From Paragordius varius (Eukaryota; Animalia; Nematomorpha), in contig OZ176053.1 in assembly GCA_964247055.1 (NCBI GenBank), positions 6,944,001-7,008,000 of the forward strand: a stretch of 64,000 nucleotides of DNA. The letters run 5' to 3'. Each line of letters starts with the position of its first letter. The stretch's first letter is position 1. Position numbers and translations under genes: made by a program. Shown one piece after another: positions 36,421 through 49,049 of the stretch. Under the pieces are notes generated by a model that saw nothing but the letters and a program-made list of their open reading frames with translations, was not told the DNA's origin and made no database searches.

Positions 36421-38899
36421 ATGAATACAATTTTAATGTTGAATCAAATTTTTTCATATAGTTTATAACCATCCAGGCCCCAAATTTTTTTATCTGTTAA
36501 TGATTCTAGTTTTGAAATACTGAGAGAAAATTTAAATTCGGCAGAAAGTTAAAATTTGTGATAAATAAGAAATAATGATAAAACTTGTTATGATTTCTTA
36601 CATTAATCAGACATTTACAATTTATAAAGAGCCTAAATTCATATAGTTAATAAAAACTCTATTCAAAAAGCGTGTTTTTTCTTTAACATACCTAATATAC
36701 AAAAATTATATGAATATTAAAATAGTTTTTTATTTACTATCTAAGCTCACTATTAACACTTGTTTCAATTTGGGGTATCTAAATACCCCAGACTAAATTA
36801 AAGTCATTGACAGTAACCAAACAGGTTAAAATTGAAAGCGACACTAAAAGATTGGATTTATTTGGTTTAACGGTCACTAATCAAAAAGGTAGCGAACAAA
36901 ACGAAAAATATATCTTTAATATTGGGGAAAAAACCAATAATCAGAAGGGATTGGAGTATTAATCAAAAACGAATTGAATAAAAATCAATAGTTATACACC
37001 TTATAAACCGGTATAATATTGGACTAACTGCTAAGTCACTTATAATTGTATATAGTCTATGCCTCTACGTCAAACGTTCCTAAAGAACACTTATTAGGCA
37101 AAGCGCCAAATAGTTTTATATGTAACTAAGAAAGGAGATACGCTTATCTTAGGATGCTTTCCAATATCTTTAAGTGTTTTTCATTCCACCATGCTCCATT
37201 CAGGTTGATTTTACCAGCAAAAACTTGATATTTATAATTAAAATCAGCTGTTTTGTTCAATCGTGCTTTAAGCTTCCCAATTATAGACTCAAGGAGGAAC
37301 AAATAAAAAAATAAATTTTATCTAATACAGCAGTACCATGTTAGTCAATTTAACAAAAAAAATAAAACAGTAGTTTATTGACAACATTAAGCTGGATATC
37401 AAAGTTATTTTTGAAAAAATCGAAATTTTGTACGGTCCCCGAGACATTGTGTGCGGCCCGCGAAAAATTCGAGAATCTATAATTTGCAAAAATATGCTCA
37501 CAGCTCATTAAAGTTGATATTTTTTAGACACAATCCAATGTGTTTTGCTTATATCTTTTATACGATACATTTTAGTGATATTTTTTGAATGAAGCATTTG
37601 GCTTTCATCAAAAAAAGTTTTTTTTAGAAAATGTGCATAAATCTTGATATTTTCATATATGGAGCAGTTTACAAAAAAGTACAAATGACTTTGTTTATCA
37701 AGCAGCATTAGGGCATAAAAATTCCCGAAAAAAAAAGTCGATATGTCCTTTTTTCTGCATCAAATCGAATGAAAAAGGGATTAATATAATATTTGAGCTT
37801 TAGCGTTGATAGAAATTATCGAAACACTTTGTTTTTATAAGGCTTAATTTTTTGGAGGCTTATTGGCGAAACTCTATAACTCTATATAGATTTAATATAT
37901 GATTGTTTTGATAAAAATCAATATCGTTTACCGTATATTAACAAATTTATGATTTATGATTTACCCTGAAATGATTTTTTGACCTTATATTTTTGGTCTT
38001 AATGAGCTCCCAAAAAAGAAGAATCTTAATTGATAACATTGCGTTTGTAACTATCCTTATTCTATACATAAACAAATTAAATTTAATTGACGCTTTTTTA
38101 TTTAATTTTATTGGACCTAATGTGAGATGAAAAAAATTTTAATTTTGGTTATTAACAGAAATACATACCTTTTTTAGTATATTTACCGCATATATCATTT
38201 TAATATTAATTAACCTGAAACTAGCTATCGAATGATATATCAATCCATTAATATTTATATTGCAGCCCACGGTGTTATATTCTACTAGAATAGATAAGTT
38301 TTTTAATCTGAAAGCAAAATCTCCAGGATTGCTTTAAATTTTTTATGTATGCTAGAGATTAAATAAAGTTATTTCGGAAAAAAATAAATATCCTGCGCGG
38401 CCCAAAGAGACCGTGTGCGTGACCCGCGAAAAAATCGGAAATCCATAATTTGCAAAAATATGCTCAGTTTTAGATAATTATTATTTCTTAAATTCAAATT
38501 AGCCTATTGAATTGATAACGAAATTTTTTTTATCGTGCTTGTATTTTTTACTAATGTAAATTGAATAAAATATTTTTGAATGCCCTTACATATTTAAATG
38601 CGGCCCGCCGGTTTATTGAGTCAAAAATGCGCGACACCGAAAGATGTTTTAAATATCCCTAAATGAATGCTTTAAATTGTGCTTTATATAAATTTTATTT
38701 ATGTAGTTTTTTCTGCAATGATTAACAAATGGTTAAATTTTTTTAATCTTGACTAAATCACGCAATACGTCAGTGCGCAGCTAGTAATATATACTATGAA
38801 TATTATTGATATGAGTGTCAATAATCAAAACTTTAAACGTTTTCATTGTTACACCTTCTAAAATTTAAAACAAATTTTTAAAATCATAATTTGATATTA

Positions 38900-40132
38900 A
38901 TGAAAAAGTGCGAAATTTCGAAAGCTAAAAAGCGAAAGATAAAGATGAATTGTTCAAAAAACAAAAAGAACAAAACAAAAAAGCAGAGTATGAAAAAAAT
39001 GTGCAAGCGTCAACCTCAACGTCCTTTGGCAAATAAAAAGCGACATCTCAAGAAACGAAAAGCACCCAAAAAGAGCCCTAAAAACACTAAAATTAAAACG
39101 CTGAAAAATAACAAAGGTGGAAGGAATTCGAAAAAACACTCTATAACTCAAAAGAAGCGTTTCAACTCCAAAAATAACAAAGGAAAAAGAAATACAGCGA
39201 TAAAGTGTAGAAAGGTCAGTGAAAAACGAAAAATTAAAACTACTACTACAAGAAACAAAGCACCCAAGAGAAAAAAGCAAACTGGAAGAAAATTAAAAAA
39301 ATATGTTGGAAATAAAAGATTAAGATGCAACAAACTCACAATTGTAACGGATCATCCTTCACAAAATCAGTCTGATAATGATTCAGTAATAGTACCGGAA
39401 ACAAATGTTCCTACCCAGACATTAAACAAAAACATTTCAACAGATTCTTCGAAATTAATTAATAGCTCTCCTGCTGTAAGTAAAAAACCCCGAGAAATTA
39501 CAATACATACAACAAAAGAGTTAAAGCAGTCTGCTTTGTCAAACAATAGTACAGCAACAATTAATAATATCCTCGAAACTCTTACGCCTGCAGAAAAACA
39601 TTTAGATAAGACTGTTTCTAATATAATAGCCACATCTTATAATAATTCCCCAGTAACAGTTATGCCTTCAAAAAAAGGGTTAAAACGGTCTAATTGTACA
39701 GCAAAAATCAATTTCGAAACCACTATGCCTACGAAAAAACCTTCAAAGCCTGTTCAAAACATAATAACAACAAATGAGTGCGAAAAAACAATGCCTTCCA
39801 AACGGTTAAAACAACCTTCTTTGTTAAATAGTGATTCAACAATAGTTATACCTGATGCAACCATGACTAGATCTGAAAATCAGATTTGTGAAAACACGAT
39901 TTCCACATTAAATCCAAAACCAGTAAAATTAAAAAAATGGATACCAGATTATATAAGAAAAGAAGCCGATTGGCCGCCCATAGACGTTGAGGATTTTTTT
40001 TTAAAGAAAAAATTAAAAGAATTGCGACTTATTCTTAAGTCATCAATCATAGGACACGCTGAAATTTCACGTTCACGTTTCCAACTGCCACCCAAAAAAT
40101 ATACTTCCAATATTAATTATAATTCTCCGTAA
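38900..40132 (+). CDS. Unknown intronless ORF (410 aa from ATG): Lys-rich N-terminus, Ser/Thr-rich linker, C-terminal IN-box-like motif
   Basis: Longest uninterrupted ORF in the window; its C-terminal domain recurs in several local paralogs; expression unproven. Confidence 0.55.
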   Translation: MKKCEISKAKKRKIKMNCSKNKKNKTKKQSMKKMCKRQPQRPLANKKRHLKKRKAPKKSPKNTKIKTLKNNKGGRNSKKHSITQKKRFNSKNNKGKRNTAIKCRKVSEKRKIKTTTTRNKAPKRKKQTGRKLKKYVGNKRLRCNKLTIVTDHPSQNQSDNDSVIVPETNVPTQTLNKNISTDSSKLINSSPAVSKKPREITIHTTKELKQSALSNNSTATINNILETLTPAEKHLDKTVSNIIATSYNNSPVTVMPSKKGLKRSNCTAKINFETTMPTKKPSKPVQNIITTNECEKTMPSKRLKQPSLLNSDSTIVIPDATMTRSENQICENTISTLNPKPVKLKKWIPDYIRKEADWPPIDVEDFFLKKKLKELRLILKSSIIGHAEISRSRFQLPPKKYTSNINYNSP

Positions 40133-40371
40133 GAGTTTTTGACACATCATGTCCTACTATACTGATTGTTTAGTAATTTGGGCCTTAAATTATCAGCTTT
40201 TTAAATTATTGTTAAGATTTGGTAACATATATATATTTTTAATATCATTTTTTGATTCCTAAAACACTAACTAAAACTGTCAAAAAAATTTTATCAGAGT
40301 GGAAAATAAAGCGTTAAAGATATATATTCTATAAATTAATATTAATGATTACACGTTGATGTGAATATTAG

Positions 40372-41148
40372 AGCTTCAGAAGACAGCCCAGTGGCTATGT
40401 CCAATAGTGACACAGGAAGATATGTCGCAGGCAAACCATTCATAAATTATTCCCCCAAAAAAGGTAATAAATAAATAATTTAACCATTTTAAAACACCTA
40501 TTACTATACGGTTTAACTTCATTAAGATTATCATTTTAATTAAATTATATATTTATTTATTTTCTTTTATAAGATTTTAAGCTCTATTATTATGCTTAAC
40601 TTATAGATTTCAATTCAAAATATTAATTAACTATAAATTTAAAAAAGTTTACAAAATTTCGGGACCAGCAGCACATAATACAAAGATTTGGTTAATTGTC
40701 ACATATTTTTGTCAAATTTGAAATATTATATTACAATCATATGCATCCAAAAAATATAACAATAGCCTATTGGCAAGAAATATACAATATTCCTTCAACA
40801 AAACGGCTAAAACGGTCCACATTTTTGTATAATGACACACCACCAATGACAAATGATTTACAAGAGGAAACAACTCCAACAACATCTCAAGATAAGATTG
40901 ATGACAACAAGCCAAGGACATCAAATAATGCAAAACCAGTGAAATATCAGAAACTGATACCGGAATTCCTGAGGGAACGAATCGATTGCATATCCCCGAT
41001 TAATTTTGAACAAATTAGTTTGAAGAAAAAAATCGCCCAATTAAGAAACGTAATCAGTGCATCCGAGATCGGTCAGGCCGAATTTTTACGCTCAAGGTCG
41101 CTTCAGCGTAAAAAATTCGCAAGTGATACAAATTTCAATTCACCGTAA
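40372..41148 (+). CDS. Tandem paralog or alternative 3' end of the 38900 ORF (exons 40372-40463 and 40766-41148)
   Basis: AG/GT-bounded exon ...MSNSDTGRYVAGKPFINYSPKK| splices in frame to AYWQEIYNIPSTKRLKRS...KLIPEFLRERID...FASDTNFNSP*, homologous to the last ~100 aa of the 38900 ORF. Confidence 0.5.
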
Positions 41149-41944
41149 GAATTTTCTTACAAAAATATAGAAATATAATTTATATTCATATAAATAATCA
41201 TACGATTCCGAATATAATAGACTAAGTGTATTCGTAATAGAAATACTAAATATTTTCGAGTTTGGGTTTAATTTATATATAAAAATTAATTAAATTTTAA
41301 AAATAAAGTGAGAAATCTATAAAAAACTCTAAAGTTTACATTTATATTGAATAGTTTCGAGTTTGATAATTTAATTTTTAGGATAGTTTTTAGTTGATTA
41401 TTTTACAATAAGGTGTCGTGCTTAAGTTAATACTTTCTAAGAAATTAATTGGACTACACAAAAATGTATGCCTTAAATATCTTAAATAACTCCATAATAT
41501 TTAGAAATAATAATTATAAACATAAGATTTTATATTTACAGTACTAACCAATAATTTTAAACCAATGCTAAAATAACCAATCTAAGGTTTTATTATGCTA
41601 CCTATAGTATATTTATCACAAGTTATATAGATTATATTGATTTTTACAGTAAATGCAATCTTGCGAAACTTAATGAAAAAGTAGCAATGTATAGTTTCTT
41701 ACAGGATATATTTTTTGAATTTTTTTACTAAAGCCACGAAATACTATTTTTTTTATTTGTCAGATAAAATTATGCATAATGATTAATAATTCCTATTATA
41801 TTTTAATGTGCAAATTGTTTTGTTCGTAAAAATAGAGTTTCGGAAACCCCAATATCCGATTCCAACAATGAATCTGGAATAAGGATAGTTCGCAAACCTT
41901 ATTTTCCTTGGGAACATCAGTAACTTTTAAAAATGACCGAGAGA

Positions 41945-42375
41945 TATGGTGCGTCAGTTGGGTTGTCAGTTAGTTAAAATGCCGCCACATTTTGACTAAC
42001 TCCCTGGTTACAAAGGAAAATCGCAAACCGCCAAATATTCTAGTAATTATAGTCAAAAAGATATGGTGAGTCAGTTGGGTTTTAAGTTGGTTAAAATGCC
42101 GCCACATTTTGACTAACTCCCTGGTTACAAAGGAAAATCGCAAACCGCCAAATATTCTAGTAATTATAGTCAAAAAGATATGGTGAGTCAGTTGGGTTTT
42201 AAGTTGGTTAAAATGCCGCCACATTTTGACTAACTCCCTGGTTACAAAGGAAAATCGCAAACCGCCAAATATTCTAGTAATTAGAGACAAAAAGATATGG
42301 TGAGTCAGTTGGGTTTTAAGTTGGTTAAAATGCCGCCACATTTTGACTAACTCCCTGGTTACAAAGGAAAATCGA
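41945..42375. repeat. 117-bp minisatellite, about 3.6 units
   Basis: TTACAAAGGAAAATCG recurs at 42008, 42125, 42242, 42359. Confidence 0.95.
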
Positions 42376-45070
42376 AAAGAGAAATGCAATTAAACAGCCA
42401 AATATGGAGCTATCCATAACAGAAAAATCCGAATTACCGCCAAATTTGGATAATTCAGTAGTTACACAAAAAGAATAACTTCAGAAAAATTACAATTTAA
42501 TTTATTGCAGATACTCTCCCCTTACCAAAACAATCTATAGATCAAATTATAAATAAATGTAGATCATATTTTACTTACTAATTTAACAGGTGTAGAACGT
42601 TTCACTTTATTAAATACGTTAAATATTTTGTAGCAAAATAAAAATAACTGTGTATATAAGAGGGTCAAAAATTAGATCAATTTTTCGTGGACACAAACGC
42701 AGGTACACTTACAAAACACTTTATAATATACCTAGTTGATATTGTTAATTGTATTTTCAAGAAAAACAGTTAGTAATAATTCAAGTATTGTGATATTACA
42801 CAAACATGTACAGGAAAAAATTTCTCTAGACAGCCTTAATTAAAAAAAAATTTGGCCGATATTTTTTATACATTCAGGGAATTTTAGCTGCAAAAGACAT
42901 GAGGACAAGCGATAACAATTGCAGGACGTAATTTCTCGCTTAGGCAGGAACGTCGGTCAAAAAAGAACTTATTTTTTTAAATTCGCGCGACAATATCATC
43001 TGACCAGATATCATTGAAGCCGGCAGAAAATTTAAGAATCGAATGGGACGAATATAGCCCAGGCCAGATTTGATTCGTAAAACTTCATCGAAAACAGAAT
43101 GTAACATTAAATTTTTACGAGTCAACCTACGTAAAATACAACTTCAAGCTTAACGTAGAGGGAAAAATGCTCGACGCTTTCATTGCAGGCATGGGAGTCA
43201 AAAAATTAGAATTAGATCTGTATAGCAGATTCCCCAACGCCATGTGGGAAAACGAACCCTAACCCTAAAACAAGTGAACATTGCTCTCAATTATGAATAG
43301 GCACCTCAATTAGCACTAATCGATGGCAACATGTTACGACAACAGCTGGGAAATACCAGCACAAGTGTCGATTCTGCCGTTTAAGTCATGACTGGAATCA
43401 CCTCCAACTATACTGTAAGAAAAAAATGATTGCAATGTTTAGAACATCGAATGTGAAGCCACCCCTAAGATAACATTGATAATTAATTGTAAGCCAATAC
43501 GCATGATGATGGACACAGTCAAGTGTTTCTTTTTTCGTCCCAATTCAACATTAAATTCGAAATTTCGAAAATTAAATAAGTTTTAGATCCATGTATTTAA
43601 TATCATTCGAAAGAGCGTGAAAAACTGTATCCTCCAAATGGTAGTAAATTATTTTTAATTAATCAGATGTAAATTTGATATGGTCGAAATTTTCAGCCCT
43701 GTAAACAAGTCAAAAGTTTTCACAGACAAACTATTAATTTTAATATTATTGGATATTGTTTACGCTGAAGTGTGATTGTATTATTATATATGGAATAATT
43801 CAGCAAAAATAATATAAATTTATTATAATATTTCGATTACTACAAGTAATCTTTGTCAAACGTAAAATATGGTTATATTAATATTTAATTAAAAAAAAGT
43901 CTTTGAAAAAGCTTTTGGTTTGCTTTATTATAAAATTATTATTATCTTAATTATTTTACCTGGTGAATACTAAAATGCATAGATATAACTGTAAATTTAT
44001 TGCATAATGGCCATAAAAGATCAAAATACCTTAAACTTGGTTCTTGTTTTTAAAATTTTGAAATTATAAGCTTTAAAAAAAATAATTGATGAGATGGTAA
44101 TTTTTTAAAAAACTAAACACTTAATGGCTGTTTTGAGTATAAAAGCAATAAAAAAATGTTTTAATCATTAAAACTCTCTTGTGTTTTCTTTTTTGGACAT
44201 CATCACCATATATACAAAGTTTGATTTATTTACATCCATTAGTTTTAAAAATATATTAAATAAAAAAACGCTCTCGTTTCGTGCGTTTGTCGCTCTCTAT
44301 GCCCAATATTAATAATAGATGTAAAACATTTTAAACATTTTATAGAGTTGTTTTACTCTTTCGAATGATATATTACAACTGGGCATTTCTTGTATATTTT
44401 TTGAAGGAAAACATTTTTTAGTAAAATTTTGATAAAGAGGATGCATAATCAAAAAAATCAATTTATTCGACTTAGGTGAAGATATAATTTTTATTTCAGA
44501 TTTGCTGTTAAAATGATGGAAAAATGCAAACTTGAGTAGCAGAAAAATATACTGTCCATTGTAATATCTCGTAAAAGGTGTTCGTTGACCTTTATAAGGT
44601 ATTGAGTGCCATACCTAATATACAAAAATTATTTATGAAATTATATTAAAATAGTTTTTTTATTTACTATCTAAGCTCACTATTAACACTTGATTCAATT
44701 TGGGTAACTAAATACAACAGACTAAATTAAAGTTAAAATTTTTAAAAATATACTGAAGGAAACGGTCGTAATTTAAATTTATGCTCTTGTAAAGTTGATT
44801 TATTCACATATAGCAATATGGTATATTAAAATAGAGTTGAGCGATAAAAAGAAAAACCAAAATAAAAAAGTGAGTGGCTATTATATCACAAGTTCTTTTT
44901 ATGTGTGCATGACTTATTTGCGTAGACGTTACACAATGGTTATTCTCAACAACAGATAAGCTTTAACACGAAATATATATATAATATTCAAATACAAAAT
45001 AACTGATGCAACATGAATTGAGTGTGTTAACAAAATAGAATATTATAACCTTACATTACTCTCCCCCTAA

Positions 45071-48000
45071 GTTAACCACGGGGGCTGTCGTGTTCGTACA
45101 TTATACCTATAAGTTTAAACGATCGGGAGGCTGCCGTCTTCTTAGCGGATATCTACGCTCGGGTAGGTCAGAAACCTCTTTTACCACGTCGGGTGTGGCC
45201 TCTACCGGCGTCAGCGATTCTGGGGCTACGTCTTGCTATGAGGTAGCAGGAGTTGGGGCATGGACTATTTGAGATTCCGAGGTGGGATGGAAGGTTTGTT
45301 CGGAGTGGGCTCCCTCGAAATGACCCGGGACACTTTCGACGCTGGGATATTTATGCAGTATTAAGGGATTAGTTTCGTATGAATTCCCTCCTGACCTACG
45401 TCGTAACTGATCTGCATGTTTACGTTTACGAATCCCTTCCTCATCTTGCACTTCATACGAGAGTAACCCCCTTCTCTCCAGAATGTGACCTGGCCGCCAG
45501 CCTACGGCCATTTCATTTTTAATATAGACAGGATCGTCTTGTTGGAATTCGCGTCTCGGTTCATTTTCGTGCTCTATAAATTCGACAGGGGTTGTTTTTA
45601 CCCAAGAGATAGGATTGTGTACACGCCGTTTTAGGAATATGGCGGAAGGCGTTTCTTTTAGCGAAGAATGCATGCTAGTTCGATACGAATAAAGGACCGT
45701 GTTGATAGCTTCATATGCATGCATTTGTTGGGTCTTAGTAGCGGCGTATTTTGTTTTTAATGTCTTTATTACTCCACTAGACCGTTTGTTTTGGGGTGAT
45801 AGGGTGCTGCACAGATGTGCTTGATATTCATATGATTTAGGAGAGTCGTAAATTCTCTTGAAGTAAAATACGTGGCGTTATCGCACAATTTGGCGGGGAA
45901 AACCAAATCGTGCGATGTGTTTTTCCAGGCAATTTAAAACGCATTGACTCGTTATTGATTTAAAAAGATCTATCTCTACCCACCGTGAGGCGCTATCGAT
46001 AGTCACTAACCAATAATATCCGTCCACCGGTCCAGCAACATCTATATGTAACCTTTCCCATGTCAAAGTGTTAAAATTCCATCGATAGGGAAGATTTTCA
46101 GGTGCGTTAGGTCGATAGGTTTGGCAAGCCTCGCACCTTTCCACATAATTCGCTAGATCGGTGTCTAATTCGGGCCAAAATACCGAACACCGGGCTTGGG
46201 CTTTCATTGTTTTTAGCCCGCTTGGTCCCGTATGCAGAAGTTTCAATATCGTTTCCTGCATCGCTTGTGGTATCACTAAGCGATCATTCAGGTATAACAG
46301 ATTATAACAACACTCCAAGTCGTTTTTATGTTTTAAAAAAGGTTTCAGATCTTAGTCGATCCAACTGTTTGTCCTGAGAGCATTTTTAACTTTTGATAAC
46401 CGTTGGTCAGTGATCGTTGCCTCTTCGACCACTTTCTTATTTACATCCAGCGTTTTTAGAGCCAAAAATCGTACCTGCTTGGTGGCCGCGGCATCTTCAT
46501 CATCTGGTTGGCTATGCTCTATGGGAAGTCTCAACGCGTCGGCTAAGTTTTCTTCCCCTTTTTTGTAAAATATTTCATACTCGTACCTGATGGTCTTCGA
46601 TATCCACCTGAGCAGTTTGCTATTATTAATGTTGTTGATGTCTCTCTTCCTCCCAAATAGTGACACCAGCGGTTTATGATCTGTATATATCTCGAACGGT
46701 CTTCATATAAAGTATTTAAATTTTTCTAGGGCAAACACTATGGCCTTGGCCTCTTTTTCGATCGTGGAATAACCCTTTTCTGCTATTGAACAAGTTCGTG
46801 ACGCGTAAAAAATTGGGCGTTTCCCCTGTGGGGTCTTATGAAACAGTATTGCCCCAAACCCCTTGTTGGAAGGATATGTTTCGATCAACAAGGGAAAACA
46901 GTCGTTAATTGGCATTAAAGCCGGGGGCCTGGTTAGCAAGCTTTTTGCTTTCGCGAATTCACTATCATCTGCCGGGGTCCACCGCCAAGGTGTATTCTTT
47001 CCACTTAACTTGTGTAAGATTGCTAGGTGTGGGTGACAGTTTGGTATAAACCGCTCATGAAAATTTATTAAGCCTAAGAACGAACGTAGCTCAGTTTGTT
47101 TGTAGGTGTCGGACAATTTTTAATGGCCTCTAATTTTTCATTGGACGGCTCAATACCTTGGTCAGAAATCACGTACCCCATGTATTTGACTCGTGAGATA
47201 CCAATTTGCAATTTGTTTCGGCGCAATCGTAATCCCGCCTCTTGTAACCTTCTAAATACTTCCCTTAATCTTTGATCATGTTCCTCCCTGGTAGCTCCGG
47301 AAATTAAGACATCATCCAGGTACACACAAATACCAGGTATGTCCTTTAAAAGATTGTCCATGCATCTTTGAAAGATCATAGGTGCTGAAGTTAATCCGAA
47401 TGGAAGTCGTTGGTAAGCATAAAACCCTTTGTGAGTTGTGATGGTTACTAGCGTCTGTGACGCCCGGTCTATCGGAAATTGTAAGTAAGCATCTTTCAGG
47501 TCTAAAGTGGAAAAAATTATCCCATTTGCCACTTTGGTGGCCAACTCGTCAAAAGTAGGTATCAGATGAGAATCCTTTGCTAAATAACGGTTTATACTAA
47601 TTCGGAAATCGGCAATATCCTAATTTCTCCATTTCCTTTAACTATATTTACTGTGGGAGAGGCCCATATTGGGGTTTGGGTCGGATCGATAGGTCGGAGT
47701 ATTTTGAGTTTAAATCTATCAATTTCATTTTCTACTAAAGGTTTTAGAGTTAAAGGTACCCTACGACAAGGAAAAACTTTAGGTTTGGCCCCGGGGTCGA
47801 TAAATAATTTTATTGGGGGCCACTTGAAAGTACCTAACTCGTCTGAAAACAATTTGTCAAAATAATCAAATAACATTTTATTATTAGGTGCTTGCGTATG
47901 TAAAACTGAAAAAACATTTTTTGGGAATTCTAACCGAAACGCCCGCATCCAATTCATCCCAAACACGGCTGGCGGGTTAGTTTGCGTCACCACGCAGGGC

Positions 48001-49027
48001 AGGCACTTCTCTTCTTCGTTCAAAACCACTGAAATCATCGATTTTCCGAGTACTTCTATCGGACCATCATTGAAGGTTCGCAAATTTGGAGCTGGGAGCA
48101 AACGAGGTCGACCAATATTTACCCAAGTGCGCTTGCCAATTACGGATACCTCGGCGCCCGTATCGTAGATAAACGTTGTTGGTATATTATTTATTAGTAC
48201 CTGAATCCGGGGGGTGTTGTTCGGGCTAGTCATGGTGCGGATTGACGGCCGTCGGAACGTTGCCTTGCATACTGTGCTGAAATGATTCCATTTGTCGCAA
48301 TTGAAACACCGTTTTCCTTTTGCCGGGCAGGTGGCGAAACCATGTCGATACCCACAATTACTACATAGCTTTCGGGTTATTTGATTGATTGTATTATTAT
48401 CATTAACAACTGGTTGGATACTTGAAGGAAGTTCACTGGTATTATTATTGTTCAAATCATTATTATCTCTGATGTTGTGAACCTTTTTATCTTCTAATTC
48501 ATAGGAATAAGCGATGTCTACAATCGCTTGAAGGGTTACCGGACCCCGTCCTTTTTGCCATCTGGATATTTGGATTGAATTTCGCGTTCTACTCTGGGAT
48601 TTTCAAGACCTACCAGGAATAAATCGCGTAATTTTGACTGAATATCCCCTTCAAATTTCCCGGCTTCACACTTTGCTTTCAGACGTTCCAGGAAATCCAT
48701 GACTGATTCATCTGGCATTTTTTTTAATCGGTAGAATTCAACTCGATTTAACCATAGGCTGCTGATTGGTGATTATATCTGAGTGGCCAAGGTTGCAATT
48801 TCCTCCCATTCCATGTCATCTATGAGTTTTGGGTATGCTAACGTTTCGATTTTCATTATTACTTGAATACCGCCGAAAGCGAGAAAAGTGCGTTTCATTG
48901 TGGTGTCATTGGATTCGATATTTTTGGAATTTAAGACTCTCCTGATGTGACGTATATATTGCGTAAAATTCATCGGTTCCTTAAAAGGCTCCAAAATCAG
49001 TTTTGAAATGTCCAACGCTTGGCTCAT
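45071..49027 (-). pseudogene. Frameshifted gag-pol polyprotein
   Basis: Twin zinc knuckles CSNCGYRH..CPAKGKRCFNCDKWNH...VC, protease YDTGA, RT LPFGLTSAP and YLDD, RNase H, integrase LHTG...C..C and RLHIDVAGP, scattered over many ORF fragments. Confidence 0.93.
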
Positions 49028-49034
49028 TGAAAGC

Positions 49035-49049
49035 TAAAACGGCACCAAA
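49035..49049 (-). other. Primer-binding site, probably tRNA-His
   Basis: Minus strand TGGTGCCGT directly after the 5' LTR, complementary to the ...ACGGCACCA 3' end of eukaryotic tRNA-His; only about 9 nt match. Confidence 0.55.

Larger units (their letters stand above)
39349..43560 (+). repeat. Segmental duplication, copy A (copy B = 60033-64000)
   Basis: Colinear, highly similar sequence; B lacks A 39686-40510 and has an extra hAT MITE and one extra minisatellite unit. Confidence 0.95.

Noticed and set aside
31430-38790. Single large Helitron spanning a hairpin at 31430 and a CTAGT end near 38780
   Set aside because: Ends look Helitron-like, but nothing links them and there is no Rep/helicase remnant; probably unrelated fragments.
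38930-39350. Alternative genetic code (TAA = Gln) suggested by TAA-interrupted coil-like frames
   Set aside because: PQBP1, cadherin, NDOR1, AIMP1, VPS28 and BLOC1S2 all end at TAA at their expected C-termini.
38954-39633. Hydrophobic minus-strand ORFs (Phe/Leu-rich)
   Set aside because: Antisense shadows of the A-rich Lys-coding strand.
41945-42375. Possible CRISPR-like array
   Set aside because: Units are near-identical over their whole length with no unique spacers; eukaryotic context; no cas genes.
41970-42389. 139-aa repetitive ORF (FVTRELVKMWRHFNQLKTQLTHH...) and its 175-aa twin at 61917-62444
   Set aside because: Arises because the 117-bp unit is a multiple of 3 and stop-free in one frame; no splice context or domain. 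Treated as a minisatellite.
43255-43270. CCCTAACCCTAA telomere-like motifs (also about 54127 and 63697)
   Set aside because: Only two hexamer units inside dispersed repeats; not an interstitial telomere array.
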